From contig NC_092680.1 in NCBI RefSeq assembly GCF_964355755.1, positions 9,920,001-9,984,000 on the forward strand: a DNA stretch of 64,000 nt, read 5' to 3'. Positions 11,581 to 23,964 of the stretch are shown one piece after another. Source of the DNA: Antedon mediterranea (Eukaryota; Animalia; Echinodermata). The notes below the pieces were generated by a model, which saw only the letters and a list, made by a program, of their open reading frames with translations, did not search any database and was not told the origin of the DNA. Positions within the stretch are counted from its first letter, which is position 1, and each line of letters opens with the position of its first letter. Position numbers and translations under genes: made by a program.

Positions 11581-12309
11581 TGGATACCTACCTTATCTAT
11601 CTCAGATAGGATTATAGAGTGCAGTTGAAAGAGTCGTGGGGAACAACCCTGACACTAAGTCAGATTTTAAATTCTGGATCTTCGGTATTGGAAAGCAAGT
11701 ACGTTAACCACCAAGATACAGCTTCATCCCAGAGTCCTGGGTCCAAATCCTACCATGATCATTCCTAAAGACTTTTGTAATAATCAGACTTTATGTAGAG
11801 CATCTTAATAAATAAATTAGAATACTTTTTAAAATGTTATTAATTGGCATGCAGTCCCCAATTCTCTGAATAGACTAAATCACGTCATTAATTATAACAA
11901 CATATCAAATTGTATACACTTATCAAGCAAATACTGATTGGTATGATATGAAATGAGAAAATAGATTATTTAAAGTATGTCAATGGAAATTAAATTGAAG
12001 ATATATACAACTTTTTGTTAAATTGTCCGTTTTTATGAGTTACGAGTTTGTCCCAGTTATTCTTTATAATTTTCCATCAGAAAAAGAAATTAAGTAGTCC
12101 AATAGCTTCTGGAAATATTACTTTTATTTTAATATTATGTCTAAATTTAATTAAAACCAAAAAATAATTATGCTAATTCATTTTACGAGAGGCAAGTCAT
12201 GATTCAGTTTTATACAATGTTATTTAAACATAATCAGTGCATTATTCTATTAATAATACATTGTTCATATAAAAACTCACTCGTGTTGAATACAGTGATT
12301 GGACTGGAA

Positions 12310-12670
12310 TCCTTTCTTTTAATATTTGGTCGATGAAAAGTAGAGCACACTGCAATGCATTTGGGTCTCCGTCAGTTTCTCTCTAACGTTTAATTTGTGT
12401 TCAAAAAGAAATTGGAACATACTGATAGGATCCGTCAGCCCAGTCGTGTATACTGATTTTACATTCTAACGTTCTTCAAAGGATATTAAAACTTATGGGT
12501 GTTCAGTGGTGTATACTGATTTTCCCTCAACGTTAATCTTTGTTCAAAGGAAATTTGAACATACGGGTATAGGATTGAATAAATTTCAATCAGTAATTCA
12601 TTGAACACATATACTGATTTTCCCTCTAACGTTAATCTTTGTTCAAATGAAAGTAATCTATGTTCAAGGA
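12310..12670. repeat. Degenerate ~75-100-bp tandem repeat
   Basis: ATACTGATTTTCCCTCTAACGTTAATCTTTGTTCAAA-like motif recurs about four times. Confidence 0.45.
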
Positions 12671-13277
12671 AATAACGTACGGCATAGATTACTCACATGA
12701 TTATACCATGGATATATTTAGAGGTCTATGATTAGACTAAAAAAAACGTTTTATCTGTGGTCTAAATGAATTAGAAAAATAATAAATAAATAACTTTCAA
12801 TTGGTCGCGTCCGGCGATTATCTGTTTTTATATTACTATTGTTCTCTTATGCTCATGTTTTTTGTAAAACACCATTATCCATAAATGTGATACATTTGCT
12901 ATTAGTTTTATATGGTAATTTTAAGTTTAATATAATATCATGTGTATCATGGGGTCATTCACACCAATCGTTTATGTATCATCATTTTCTATGACTATAA
13001 ATAAAATGTGATGGTACCGTATAGAAATAAGATAAAAAAAAACATAAATAAAATGAACTCTGAACTAATCATGAACCGCCAAAAGTATATAATACTAGAC
13101 AACATATCGATTGGGATAGTGATTTATCATTTATAATAACAATGACAGATTGGATCCGTGTATCATGCACTGACATGGGCTACATACAGTAACAGTAACA
13201 TTTCTTTTTGCAATTTGTAATTTTTATCTTTTATTTTAAAATGTGTGGAGAAACTAATAAAACAAACAAACAAAACA

Positions 13278-13958
13278 AACATTATTACTGAGAGGGCTAT
13301 CATACATGATAGGGCTACATACAGTAACAGTAACATTATTACTGAGAGGGCTATCATACATGATAGGGCTACATACAATAACAGTAACATTATTACTGAG
13401 AGGGCTATCATACATGATAGGGCTACATACAGTAACAGTAACATTATTACTGAGAGGGCTATCATACATGATAGGGCTACATACAATAACAGTAACATTA
13501 TTACTGAGAGGGCTATCATACATGATAGGGCTACATACAATAACAGTAACATTATTACTGAGAGGACTATCATACATGATAGGGCTACATACAATAACAG
13601 TAACATTATTACTGAGAGGGTTATCATACATGATAGGGCTACATACAATTACAGTAACATTATTACTGAGAGGGCTATCATACATGATAGGGCTACATAC
13701 AATAACAGTAACATTATTACTGAGAGGGCTATCATACATGATAGGGCTACATACAATAACAGTAACATTATTACTGAGAGGGCTATCATACATGATAGGG
13801 CTACATACAGTAACAGTAACATTATTACTGAGAGGGCTATCATACATGATAGGGCTACATACAATAACAGTAACATTATTACTGAGAGGGCTATCATACA
13901 TGATAGGGCTACATACAGTAACAGTAACATTATTACTGAGAGGGCTATCATACATGAT
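13278..13958. repeat. 54-bp minisatellite, ~12.5 copies
   Basis: Unit CATGATAGGGCTACATACARTAACAGTAACATTATTACTGAGAGGGCTATCATA. One more unit follows at 15152-15200. Confidence 0.95.
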
Positions 13959-13960
13959 GG

Positions 13961-15151
13961 CAGTGGCCCGCCCCCCCCCCCCCCCTGATTTCGTTTCCGT
14001 CGGCACACAAAGGTGCCGGGGAAAAAAATAAACTATTTATTCTGACAATAATTGAACTGTAAACATAATTCTTTTTGAGTGTTTGTTTATTTACATATCA
14101 TATCATTGATCCCTTCAGATCAACTATTTTTTATTTTCATTACATCTAACGAAACACGTTAAAAATGTGTAGCACGTACGTACGGCCGTATGCGGTAGAT
14201 TGTTTACTCAAAACCTTGTTTTTGCATGCAGTTGAGCCTCTCATGACCTGAGATTTGTATGTCTTCCTACGCTAAGAGATTATATAGTTCCACATGCCAT
14301 GTGTTTTTTGTCTAAGATATATTTATTATAAGTGCCAAAAACCCGGGTTTTTTTCTCGATTTGAGGCCTTTATTTATTCAAAATTTTTAAAGAAAAAGCA
14401 CATATACCATAAGAAATATCCATGTATTTCATTTTTGGAACAGAATATTCCGTGAGGCTCAACTACAAAACCACCATTTTGTGATATGATGTCATCGTAA
14501 GCCAATCAAAGCTGAGCTTTCTCGCGATTGGCATTGCTCACGGTTGAATGATTTAGGATTCTAGCTGATTTGATTGGTGGATGCGAATCACCCGCAGCGG
14601 AATGTTTTCTCTCGCGCGTGTACCATGAATCTCTCTGATCGTTTACTACACAAAGTTAGAGCAATGAATTTGTCCGAATTCCGTTAAGTAAACAACTTTA
14701 TATATTTTATAAGCATTTAATAACATGTTTTATTGATATTTCCAATGGTGATATATATAATAAATTACTAAAAAACGTAATTATATGTAATTATTTTAAC
14801 CAAAAATGGCGTAGTTAATAGAATTGTCGACTGAGGCCGCAAATTGTTTTACTTCTTTCGTGGCTAAAAACGATCATTTTCGGTGATGTTTTAGACCCTA
14901 TATTTCGAAAACTACAAGTCAGATTTTCCTAATTCTTTCTTTATTGTAATATGAATACAACATACTAACAGATAATGTTGGTTTGGTTTTAATTTTGCAT
15001 CGTTATCCCATATAAGACAATATGACTATGTAATCCTAGAACATATATTGATCAGAGACGTCGTGTATGTACAGAATGACACCAATTTTGTCGGCAAATT
15101 GGCAATTCCCGCCCCCCCCCCCCCAACTTCAAAATCCTGGATACGCCACTG
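13961..15151. mobile_element. hAT-like non-autonomous element
   Basis: Termini CAGTGGC..GCCACTG with subterminal C-runs; 8-bp TSD CATGATGG/CATGATAG. Confidence 0.7.
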
Positions 15152-15775
15152 CATGATAGGGCTACATACAATAACAGCAACATTATTACTGAGAGGGCTT
15201 TCATAACTAAATGAAAACGAAATAAATAAAACAAATTCATAATTATACCGTACGCAAAGCAAGTCCGAAACAAGCGGAGGTCTAATTGCTTTTTTAGAGA
15301 GCGTCCGTTGCCACCTCTCTACACATTAAGCACACCATTTTGTAAGCTTACACCCTTATGTGTGCAGTTGCAAATTGACTGCGGTCATCCTATCAATTAA
15401 CTTCTTGAATGCGACTATATCTTAACATACACGTAACCTAAGATATTGATATACATTTCATTAACGGATATGATAATATTATATTATACACTTTACTAGA
15501 ATATGAATCAGGCTATCACTGTGGAACGTCTATGCATCATAAGTGATTTTGTATATAGGCCTACCGTATAAGTTTGTTATTTATATTAAAACAAAATTTA
15601 CAATAGAAAAGAATGAAAAACACATAAAATGAAACAAATGTACTATTGTTTAAGAAAATCATGTGCATTTTTTTATATAAAAAAATGGAAAATACTTCAC
15701 ATTGAGGGTGCTTGATGGTACTTTCAAAGTCTGACGGGACCAGTACATGTTAACATTGATTTACAGAGGAAAAAC

Positions 15776-15875
15776 TATAAAAGAAAGATCACAGGTTCAC
15801 CATAATCAGTTGCAGTTTTGGAGACTCATTAAGTCGACCTGAATAAGCAAAAAACTTATTTCAGTAGTTGTTCAG
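15776..15875 (+). promoter_or_regulatory. TATA box, Inr and non-coding exon 1 of cationic protein gene 2
   Basis: TATAAAAG at 15776; TCAGTT initiator at 15806 (~30 nt downstream); donor CAG|GTAAGG at 15876; acceptor TTCAACAG|AACCATG at 16303. Confidence 0.65.
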
Positions 15876-16307
15876 GTAAGGGCAAAGGGAAGGTTCGTAC
15901 TTAGTTATTTAACTGGCTAAGTTTGACTTGATGTCGCTAACTTTGGTGGGTACCAACTCACCCGGGAATGCCGGTCGGAATAAATAACTAAGATGTCCTT
16001 ATAGTGTGTAACAGTGTAATTGTAGGTAGAGTTAGGTGCATTTTGAAATCTGTTGAATAAACATGGAGGAGCAAATAACATTGATCCCTGTATCTGCACA
16101 TGTGAGAATTCTGATGTTATAGTAAATGTAGGCCTATTACATTGAATAAGAAATCTTTCACTGTTTTAAATAGAAAGATAGCTTTCTCTTGCATGCGGTG
16201 GTTAGAATATGTCGAGACACGTTATTTTCTTTCTTACTTGGTTTTGTAACCACATAACTTTTGTAACCAATTCCTATGTCTTACTTTTTGTTGTTTTCAA
16301 CAGAACC

Positions 16308-18410
16308 ATGTGGTGTGTTCGAGTTGCTCTACTTTCTATCTTGTTCCTGGTAGCTGTGAAAGGAGATTCAGGAACTATCGAAAACGAGGAAAATGCAATC
16401 AAGGAAGTTTCAAGGCCTGAAGTAAACTTGGATATAAAGGCAGACGTAACGAGTGTTAGCCCTCAAGATGCTATCACATCAGTTGAGACAGACAAAGTAA
16501 AGTTATGCTGTAGACGGAGGAGGGTACGACGATGCTGTCGCTGCAGGAGCAGACGATGCAGTCGAAGACGTGGCCGTCACTGCATAAGACGGCGTTACCG
16601 TTGCAGACGACGACGTTACCGTTGTCGAAGAAAACGTTACCGCTGTCGAAGAAGACGTTACCGTTGCAGAAGACGACGTTACCGCTGCCAAGGACGACGA
16701 TTCCGTTTCATAAAACGACGTTACCGTTGCAAAAGGCGACGTGTCCGTAACAGAATGCGTCGGTACACTACAATATTATGGCGGAAAAACCGTTTGGTTA
16801 TGCAGATAATACAAGGAAATAGAATGAGTCGAATTCCTCTTAGATACCAATATTTTAACCGAAAGTTATATGCTTACTATGGAGGAAAATGGCAAATTGT
16901 TCGGCGCTACAAACGCGATGGGATATTGTTTATTTTATATGGAGGTCGGTATGTTAATTCGCGACGACTTAGATTTACATCCCGCCCAATCAAACGAGTG
17001 CCGACCTCCACCTACTATAGGTTTATTAAAAACACATTGTACTATAATATCAGACGGGGTCGTGATTTCCGTAAATACCGAGTACGTTATAGATGGCGTA
17101 GAGGACGGTTGTTTGCATACGTTCAACGGAGATGGCGTTTCGTACGTAAATACGGTCAATACGGCACAAAGTATAGATTTAGTGGTAGTCAATATGTTGC
17201 CACTGGTCACTGGCGTTCGAGTCTGTATTTCTTCTGGAAGGGAAGAGTCCTTTATTTAGGAATCCGCCGCAGTGGACGGCAGCGTTTTGTAAAAGAGGAA
17301 TACCGCGTACGTTACAGATGGCGTGGACGCACTTTATATTACTTCGATAGCGGTAGGTGGAGTGTAGTTCGTAAATATACAATTAACGGCATTAGTTATG
17401 TTTTCTCTGGTGGAAGATTTATTACAAAATCGCGTTGCTCCCGTGTTTTCTACTTTAAAAACCTGCGACTTTATGTACGGATCCGATACGGAGGACGCGT
17501 TACTAGTTATGTAGTAAGTTTTAGGTATAGTGGTCGACGGTTGATGTATTGGTGGGGTGGCAGATGGTATACCGTCCGACGATATAGACGCAATGGCCGA
17601 TGGTACATAATTTATAGAGGCCAGTATGTCATTAAGCGACCTAGGCCTAGACCTATCATCTGTCCAATCAAAAGAGTGCCGACCAGCACTCACTATACGT
17701 TTGATAAAAACACACTGTACTATAATATTAGACGGGGTCGCGATTTCCGTAAATACCGCGTACGTTATAGATGGCGTAGAGGACGGTTGTTTGCGTACGT
17801 TCAACGAAGATGGCAATTGGTGCGTAAATATGGTCAATATGGCGCAAAGTATACATTTAATGGAAGACGATTTGTTATTAGTGGTCACTGGCGTCCTCGA
17901 TTTTATTTCTCTTGGAAGGGAACAAGCCTTTACTTGATGTTCCGCTGTGGTAGACAGTTTGGAAAATATCGCGTACGTTACAGATTGCGTGGACGCACTT
18001 TATATTACTTCGACAGCGGTAGATGGAGTGTAGTCCGTAAATATACAATTAACGGCATTAGTTACGTTTTCTCTGGTGGAAGATTTATTACAAAATCGCG
18101 TTGCTCCCGTGTTTTCTACTTCAAAAATCGGCGACTTTATGTACGGATCCGATACGGAGGACGCGTTACTAGTTATGTAGTAAGTTTTAGGTATAGTGGT
18201 CGACGATTGATGTATTGGTGGGGTGGCAGATGGTATACAGTTAGTAAATACAATAGAAATGGTGTAATTTACTGCTATAGTAATGGTCACTATTCGCAAA
18301 GTTCTTCTTCGTCATCTTCGACGACCCACATTTACACAACATACACTAAATACTCTAAACCTCAAGTCACTACTACTACGACTACTAGACGCGAGTACGT
18401 CTCTGGATAG
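16308..18410 (+). CDS. Secreted Arg/Cys/Tyr-rich cationic protein, paralog 2 (700 aa), family unrecognised
   Basis: Signal peptide MWCVRVALLSILFLVAVKG; acidic pro-piece ending DKVKL; CCRRRR/(RRRRYRC)n; seven ~70-aa repeats; tail TTTTTTRREYVSG; AATAAA at 18486. Uninterrupted 2.1-kb ORF with a synonymous excess between internal duplicates. Confidence 0.9.
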   Translation: MWCVRVALLSILFLVAVKGDSGTIENEENAIKEVSRPEVNLDIKADVTSVSPQDAITSVETDKVKLCCRRRRVRRCCRCRSRRCSRRRGRHCIRRRYRCRRRRYRCRRKRYRCRRRRYRCRRRRYRCQGRRFRFIKRRYRCKRRRVRNRMRRYTTILWRKNRLVMQIIQGNRMSRIPLRYQYFNRKLYAYYGGKWQIVRRYKRDGILFILYGGRYVNSRRLRFTSRPIKRVPTSTYYRFIKNTLYYNIRRGRDFRKYRVRYRWRRGRLFAYVQRRWRFVRKYGQYGTKYRFSGSQYVATGHWRSSLYFFWKGRVLYLGIRRSGRQRFVKEEYRVRYRWRGRTLYYFDSGRWSVVRKYTINGISYVFSGGRFITKSRCSRVFYFKNLRLYVRIRYGGRVTSYVVSFRYSGRRLMYWWGGRWYTVRRYRRNGRWYIIYRGQYVIKRPRPRPIICPIKRVPTSTHYTFDKNTLYYNIRRGRDFRKYRVRYRWRRGRLFAYVQRRWQLVRKYGQYGAKYTFNGRRFVISGHWRPRFYFSWKGTSLYLMFRCGRQFGKYRVRYRLRGRTLYYFDSGRWSVVRKYTINGISYVFSGGRFITKSRCSRVFYFKNRRLYVRIRYGGRVTSYVVSFRYSGRRLMYWWGGRWYTVSKYNRNGVIYCYSNGHYSQSSSSSSSTTHIYTTYTKYSKPQVTTTTTTRREYVSG

Positions 18411-18571
18411 AAAGTAAATAGAATGTTAACATGTATTCAATGTCACATGTATGAGCTAATTCAATATTGACGATGTATAGTGATCAATAAAATATAATAA
18501 AATAAAAGTATTTATCGAATTTTAATTTTGTGTTTGTATGTACTGTATACATTAAACTATTTGTAGTCGGC

Positions 18572-18760
18572 ATTTTTTTATCACAAGGGGTGGTAAATGT
18601 TTGGAACATATTTCCTGCCAACATTGTAGATGCTGACAGTACTCTTGAATTCAAGAACAATTCAAGAAGACGAGGAAACTACTAAAGGCTCTAATACGAC
18701 CCGCCAGCCTCTTATGCCACTTCATTAATTTGAGCTGGCGCAACGGTGAGTTGAGTTAAG
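18572..18760 (+). mobile_element. CR1/L2-type LINE 3' end relic
   Basis: Reads ..SQ/VVNVWNIFPANIVDADSTLEFKN, a typical CR1/L2 C-terminus, and ends in (TGAGT)n. Confidence 0.5.
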
Positions 18761-20031
18761 TACACATTATGCATCTTGGAAATATATATATTTACGCAAA
18801 TTTCTACCGTTAAGTAAGTTTTAGTATGGAAAATATATGAAATAAGAAATGTTTAGTTCAAACTGTTTATTATCGCCACAACCACAAAATTATTTTATAA
18901 AAATATATTGGATTAATTAACAAAAACAAGGTTTATTTTCTATTATTTTTCTATTTGTGCAGCTACAGACAGATATAGATACGGTAGTTTCTTGAATGGT
19001 TTGCTAATATAGGGATTTAAATCTTTAACGGATCTTTGATAGTAAGATCAAGGCTGTTACTATTATATAATTCAAATGAGTAAAATATATTTTATATTAT
19101 AAAAAAAAACAAAAAACAGTTTATCGCACTGTATATATATGGGACATAAACAATACGACTAAAGTTATTATCAACTGATCGTGTCCGCAAACCAATCATT
19201 TACATTTTCCTCTGAAACTTTCTTTTGCGTTCGTCTCTTCATGTTGTGCAAAACTATAACATCATTTTATAAAAAAAAATAATTAAGCAATTCATTTTTT
19301 TTTCAATATATGGAAAATCTTTACATCATTAATATGTGAATAGTTAAACTACATTATCCATTGTAGGCCTACATATTATTAAAGGTTCTATTAAACAGTT
19401 GTTATTAACTGCTGTCAATAATAAAATAATCATCTAACCATGATTTTATACTAGAAATGATTTATATTACTTGCATTCAAATATACATTTCTCATTGTGA
19501 AAACATCAAGAGTATTGATTAGAATGTACCTATATATTCACTTTTAGTAGGAAAACCATGTACCAGTCTATTATGCTAGTTACCGGCAGATTATCATAAA
19601 ACAACAAATTATATTCTGTTGAATCAAGCAATTACTTCTTTATTTGGATAGTAATAGGGTGAAAATAATACTGAATGTCTACAACATATTAAGAATAATT
19701 TTGTGCAAAATCCAAGAGGGTATAAACAATATATTTTTGTTCACAGATGCCAACAACAATAAGGGATCATGCCAAAATAGTATACTGTAGAAGGCCTACT
19801 ACATTTTGTGTACTCTTTAATCTGTTTAATACATTTATTTGGCAAGCTTTTTTGGGTTAATCATACTGTTCATCGCAGTGGCTGTATCATAAACTAAAAT
19901 CACACGTCATTGAAGTTTAAAAAAATGTATTTAGCTTATTAGTTGTGGATCTACCATAATATACTATACCCTGTTCTGTAGAAATAGTGGCCATGGTTTT
20001 CTATAATACGTTTTATTACACATTCCTATAA

Positions 20032-23000
20032 CTACTTAGCATGCTTTGCCCTACAGTTCAAGTACTCTTTGACATCATGGTATGAGCCCATCACGACAGG
20101 GCAACGATCATGAATACCCTTTGGCACTAAGTCAAGTATTCTAGTCTCTCCTGTTGTTGCCATTCCACCAGCCTGTTCCACTAAAAATGCCATAGGGTTG
20201 CTTTCATATTGAAGACGAAGCTGTAAGATATAGTGAATGGTATACTTTATTGCTTTTTTAAAATGAATCATTGTACTGTACTAAACTTCAGCAAATTTCT
20301 TTTCTCTGTATAAATATTTGTAACAAGAAATCATAATAACCTTTCCACTCGGAGTCTTTGATGTGCTAGGGTACAAAAATATTCCACCGTATTTGATGGT
20401 CCTGTGCATGTCTGCCACCATGGATCCAATGTAGCGAGCTCCATAGGGTGTCTTGCCATCATCTGGAAACTTCTTACTGTGAATGTATTCCTTAGTTGCA
20501 TCGTCCCAGTATTGAGCATAACCTTCATTTATGCTAAAAATTTTACCTCTAGTTTTCATCATTATGCTGCGGTCTGTGAGAACAAACTCACCAATAGCCT
20601 GCAAAAATAATTACTTGTTTTGAAAAGATAATTGACCTTGTTTTGCAAACCATATTTTCTTTCTTTTTACTTTCTTCATTAAACTGAAATTCAGCTTAAT
20701 ATTTCTAAAATAAAAAATGTTGGCACACATAGTGTGTCATACAGGTCTCTAAACTTAGTTCTATTGGCGCAAAAAAAAGAAACTAGAGTCTACACATTTA
20801 GGTTAAAACATTCGAGCATAGCCTTTTATGTGAAGTAGGAGACGTAATATCAAATATAAAAGAGCACATTTTTAATAAATTAAGCAAAATAAAAATGAAA
20901 TCACATAATAGGTCAAAAACATGCTTTTAATAAAAAGCTCTGTCTACACTATCAAACTTTATGTTTATCAAATGTGATTTGCCCATATATGGACATGATG
21001 TCATATCAGTACCATATTTAGAAATATCACTACCATATTTAGAAATATCACTACCATATTAGAAATATCACTACCATATTTGGGCACATCACACTTGTTT
21101 TGTCAAACTAGTAGTTTGATAGTGTAGACAGAGCTTTAGGTAACCTTCTATATAATTAATTCAAAGTTAGGGCTTAAATATCTCGATGACCTACTGGGTC
21201 GAGCATAAACTCATTAACACCACATCCAGTTGAGATAACCATTGCAGTGGCGCTTCCAAATAAGGCATACCCTGCTGCGACCATCTTGCTGCCTGGTTGT
21301 AGACAATCAGCCTCAGTTGCATTTCCTGTGTGCTCCTGTGGATATTATTTTTTATTACACAATTAAATTTTAAATATATAATTCTGTATTTTCAAATAAT
21401 GGTGCTGGAAAGGTTTGCACCACAGTGAGGCATGTACAAACTAACGGAAGACAGTAAGTATACTATTTTGAAACAAACTTGATATAAATTTTCCATGGTA
21501 AATCTGTACTATCGCTGTTTTTTCCCATGCATTGTAAAATTCAAAATAAAAACAGGTTCCAATGTGACAGTACCCATCAAAATTCCTTAAAATCATACCA
21601 AAATATTTCAAGGTAATTCTAAATTACATAATTTGCTTTACAAGTTAGCAAACCTCACCTTTTTCCAGATTCCAAATATAGAACCAATTGACACTAAACA
21701 GTCTATATTTGAAGATCCATCGAGGGGGTCAAAAGTTACGATATATTTGCCAGCTTTATCTACATCAACCAGAATAACATTTTCATTTTCTTCAGAAACC
21801 AGAGCACAGGCAGTGAATGACGATTTTATCATGTTAATAAAAACATCATTAGCCAGTACATCTAATTTCTTTTGTTCATCACCAGTTGTGTTCTGGGAGC
21901 CTGCAATGCCATACCTGATAGAAGTGAAAAAATGGTCTGAATTAAAAGTAGTAAAATAAAAATCATTAAAAATAAATTGAAATAATTTAAAAATGATACG
22001 TTAAACTTTAAATGCGCAATCACTTACTTACCCCTTCAATCATTTACAACTGAAATTAATTCACCACAAGAGAAACTTACCAACAGTTTTACACAGACTC
22101 ACACAATGACCAACTTAAAGCCTGTTTTCCATTCAGCTTATGCGCATATTTCCATCTTCTATTTATAAACTTTTGTTATTTTGTTATAATATTTCTTGCA
22201 ATGCGAAAATTGTGCAGAGCTCACGCGAATCAAACAACAGATACGGTCAGTCTAATTACCGAAAACAACCGAAAACAACCATAAACAACCAAAAACAACC
22301 GAAAACAAACCGAAAACAAAATAAAATAATCTAAATACCGAAAACAAATTTTGTATAATATTTTTTTTAATGTCGCCCTCTATTGATGGGTGTTTCTAAA
22401 GACCATAACAGAGAGAAAACCGCGCGCGGAAAAGCCAAGGAAGACCCTACGAAATGGTAGTGTGCACAAAATACAACTAAAAGTCGTACAATCAATCAAT
22501 GATAACTTTGCATTTACTTACAGAATCTATAAAAATATTATAATTTTAGTCTTTCGATTTTTGATCCAGAAACGAACGCATTTACTCCTCACAATAATTG
22601 TGAATCACGTTAATCCATAGAAAGTAAATTGACTATGGTTAATCATGATCAATTTAATTATAGATTTTCAAAGATAATAATACAAAAATGATATTTTTAA
22701 GAATATTGATATTAGAGACTATAAAGTATACTTAAAACCAGCTCACGATAAAGGATTCACAATATAATCTATTCAGTAAAATTACCGTAGTCGAGTAAAT
22801 AACGTTTTTATCCTTAATCACTTAAGTGACGAAAACCGGGGACGAAAACGCAAAGTTAGGTAAAATCATGCTTTGTTTTGAAAAGACTAAAAACGAAATG
22901 TGTTTTGTAAGTTGATGTAGTCTACGGTGTATTTCATTGAATTTGTACGATTTTGAGTTGTATTTTAATTGTGCACACTACCATTTTGTAGGGTCTTCCT

Positions 23001-23964
23001 TGGCTTTTGCGCGCGCGGTTTTCTCTCTCTATGATGGTCGGTCTTAGCTTTAGAAACACCCATCAATAGAGGGCGACATTAACAAAAATATTATACAAAT
23101 TTGTTTTCGGTATTTAGATTTTTTTATCTTGTTTTTGGTTTGTTTTCGGTTTATTTTCGGTTGTTTGTGGTTGTTTTCGGTTATTTTCGGTTGTTTTCGG
23201 TTATTTTCGGTTGTTTTCGGTAATTAGACTGACCCAACAGATACACAACCGAAATGAAAATTGCAGTTGAAAATACCAACAATTTTTTTCTCTGTGACAT
23301 GTTTGATTCATGTGACTATACTGTAATCCTTGATAGATTTGACACTGTCAAAGTATATAAATTGTTTCTACACAACACTGTAAAAAAGAATCATAAACAG
23401 CAAACCAAACAAGAAAATGCAAGTCATGATGATTTATACCAGGCATACCAAAACCAGGATATAAAATTGTTATGATGAACTCCTAATGAAAAACTCTACA
23501 ACGACTACTGTACCTCTATAATGCAGTGTATATTACACATATTTATGAACAGAAGCCGATTTTAGAACTTTCAAATCTCTTTTGATTGTCCATTGAAACG
23601 AAAAGGGCCCGAAGTGGGTGTGTCAAATATTTTGGTTTAAAAATAAAAATGAACTCTGTATGATGTACTCAAATAATATAATGTATGTGGACAATAATAC
23701 TATAATTAGTATAGTATAGTTCACATATATTCAAACAATAACAAATAATTAAAAAAATATATAAACTAGATAGGTGTAGGCTTAGGCCTTGGCCTAGCAT
23801 AGAACTTACAACTTGGCCATCCCTGCCTTCCTTACAGCTGAGGACACAGCCTTCACAGCCGTACAGATGGCATTCAAGAGTTGGGTCATTTCACCTGTTG
23901 CACCATCACAACGACCCTGCTCCTCAAGCATAAAACGGGTTAAAGTCATAAAATCTGTCTCCAT
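20032..23964 (-). CDS. FBP1: Fructose-1,6-bisphosphatase class 1 (332 aa, 5 exons)
   Basis: Exons 23964-23810, 21914-21659, 21335-21195, 20598-20341, 20220-20032; all GT-AG and phase-consistent. Motifs [46 protein letters not shown]. Assignment to FBP1 versus FBP2 is not resolved. Confidence 0.95.
20936..21135. mobile_element. Harbinger-like MITE in FBP intron
   Basis: TIR AGCTCTGTCTACACTATCAAACT / AGTTTGATAGTGTAGACAGAGCT; internal ~20-bp tandem repeat; AAA/TTA flanks. Confidence 0.7.
22245..23234. mobile_element. MULE/foldback-type element in FBP intron 1
   Basis: ~270-bp TIRs starting GGTCAGTCTAATTACC with internal CCGAAAACAA repeats; 10-bp TSD CAACAGATAC on both sides. Confidence 0.85.

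Noticed and set aside
13163-14031. Five long ORFs with 18-aa repeats
   Set aside because: Artefacts of a stop-poor 54-bp minisatellite; no splice, promoter or homology support.
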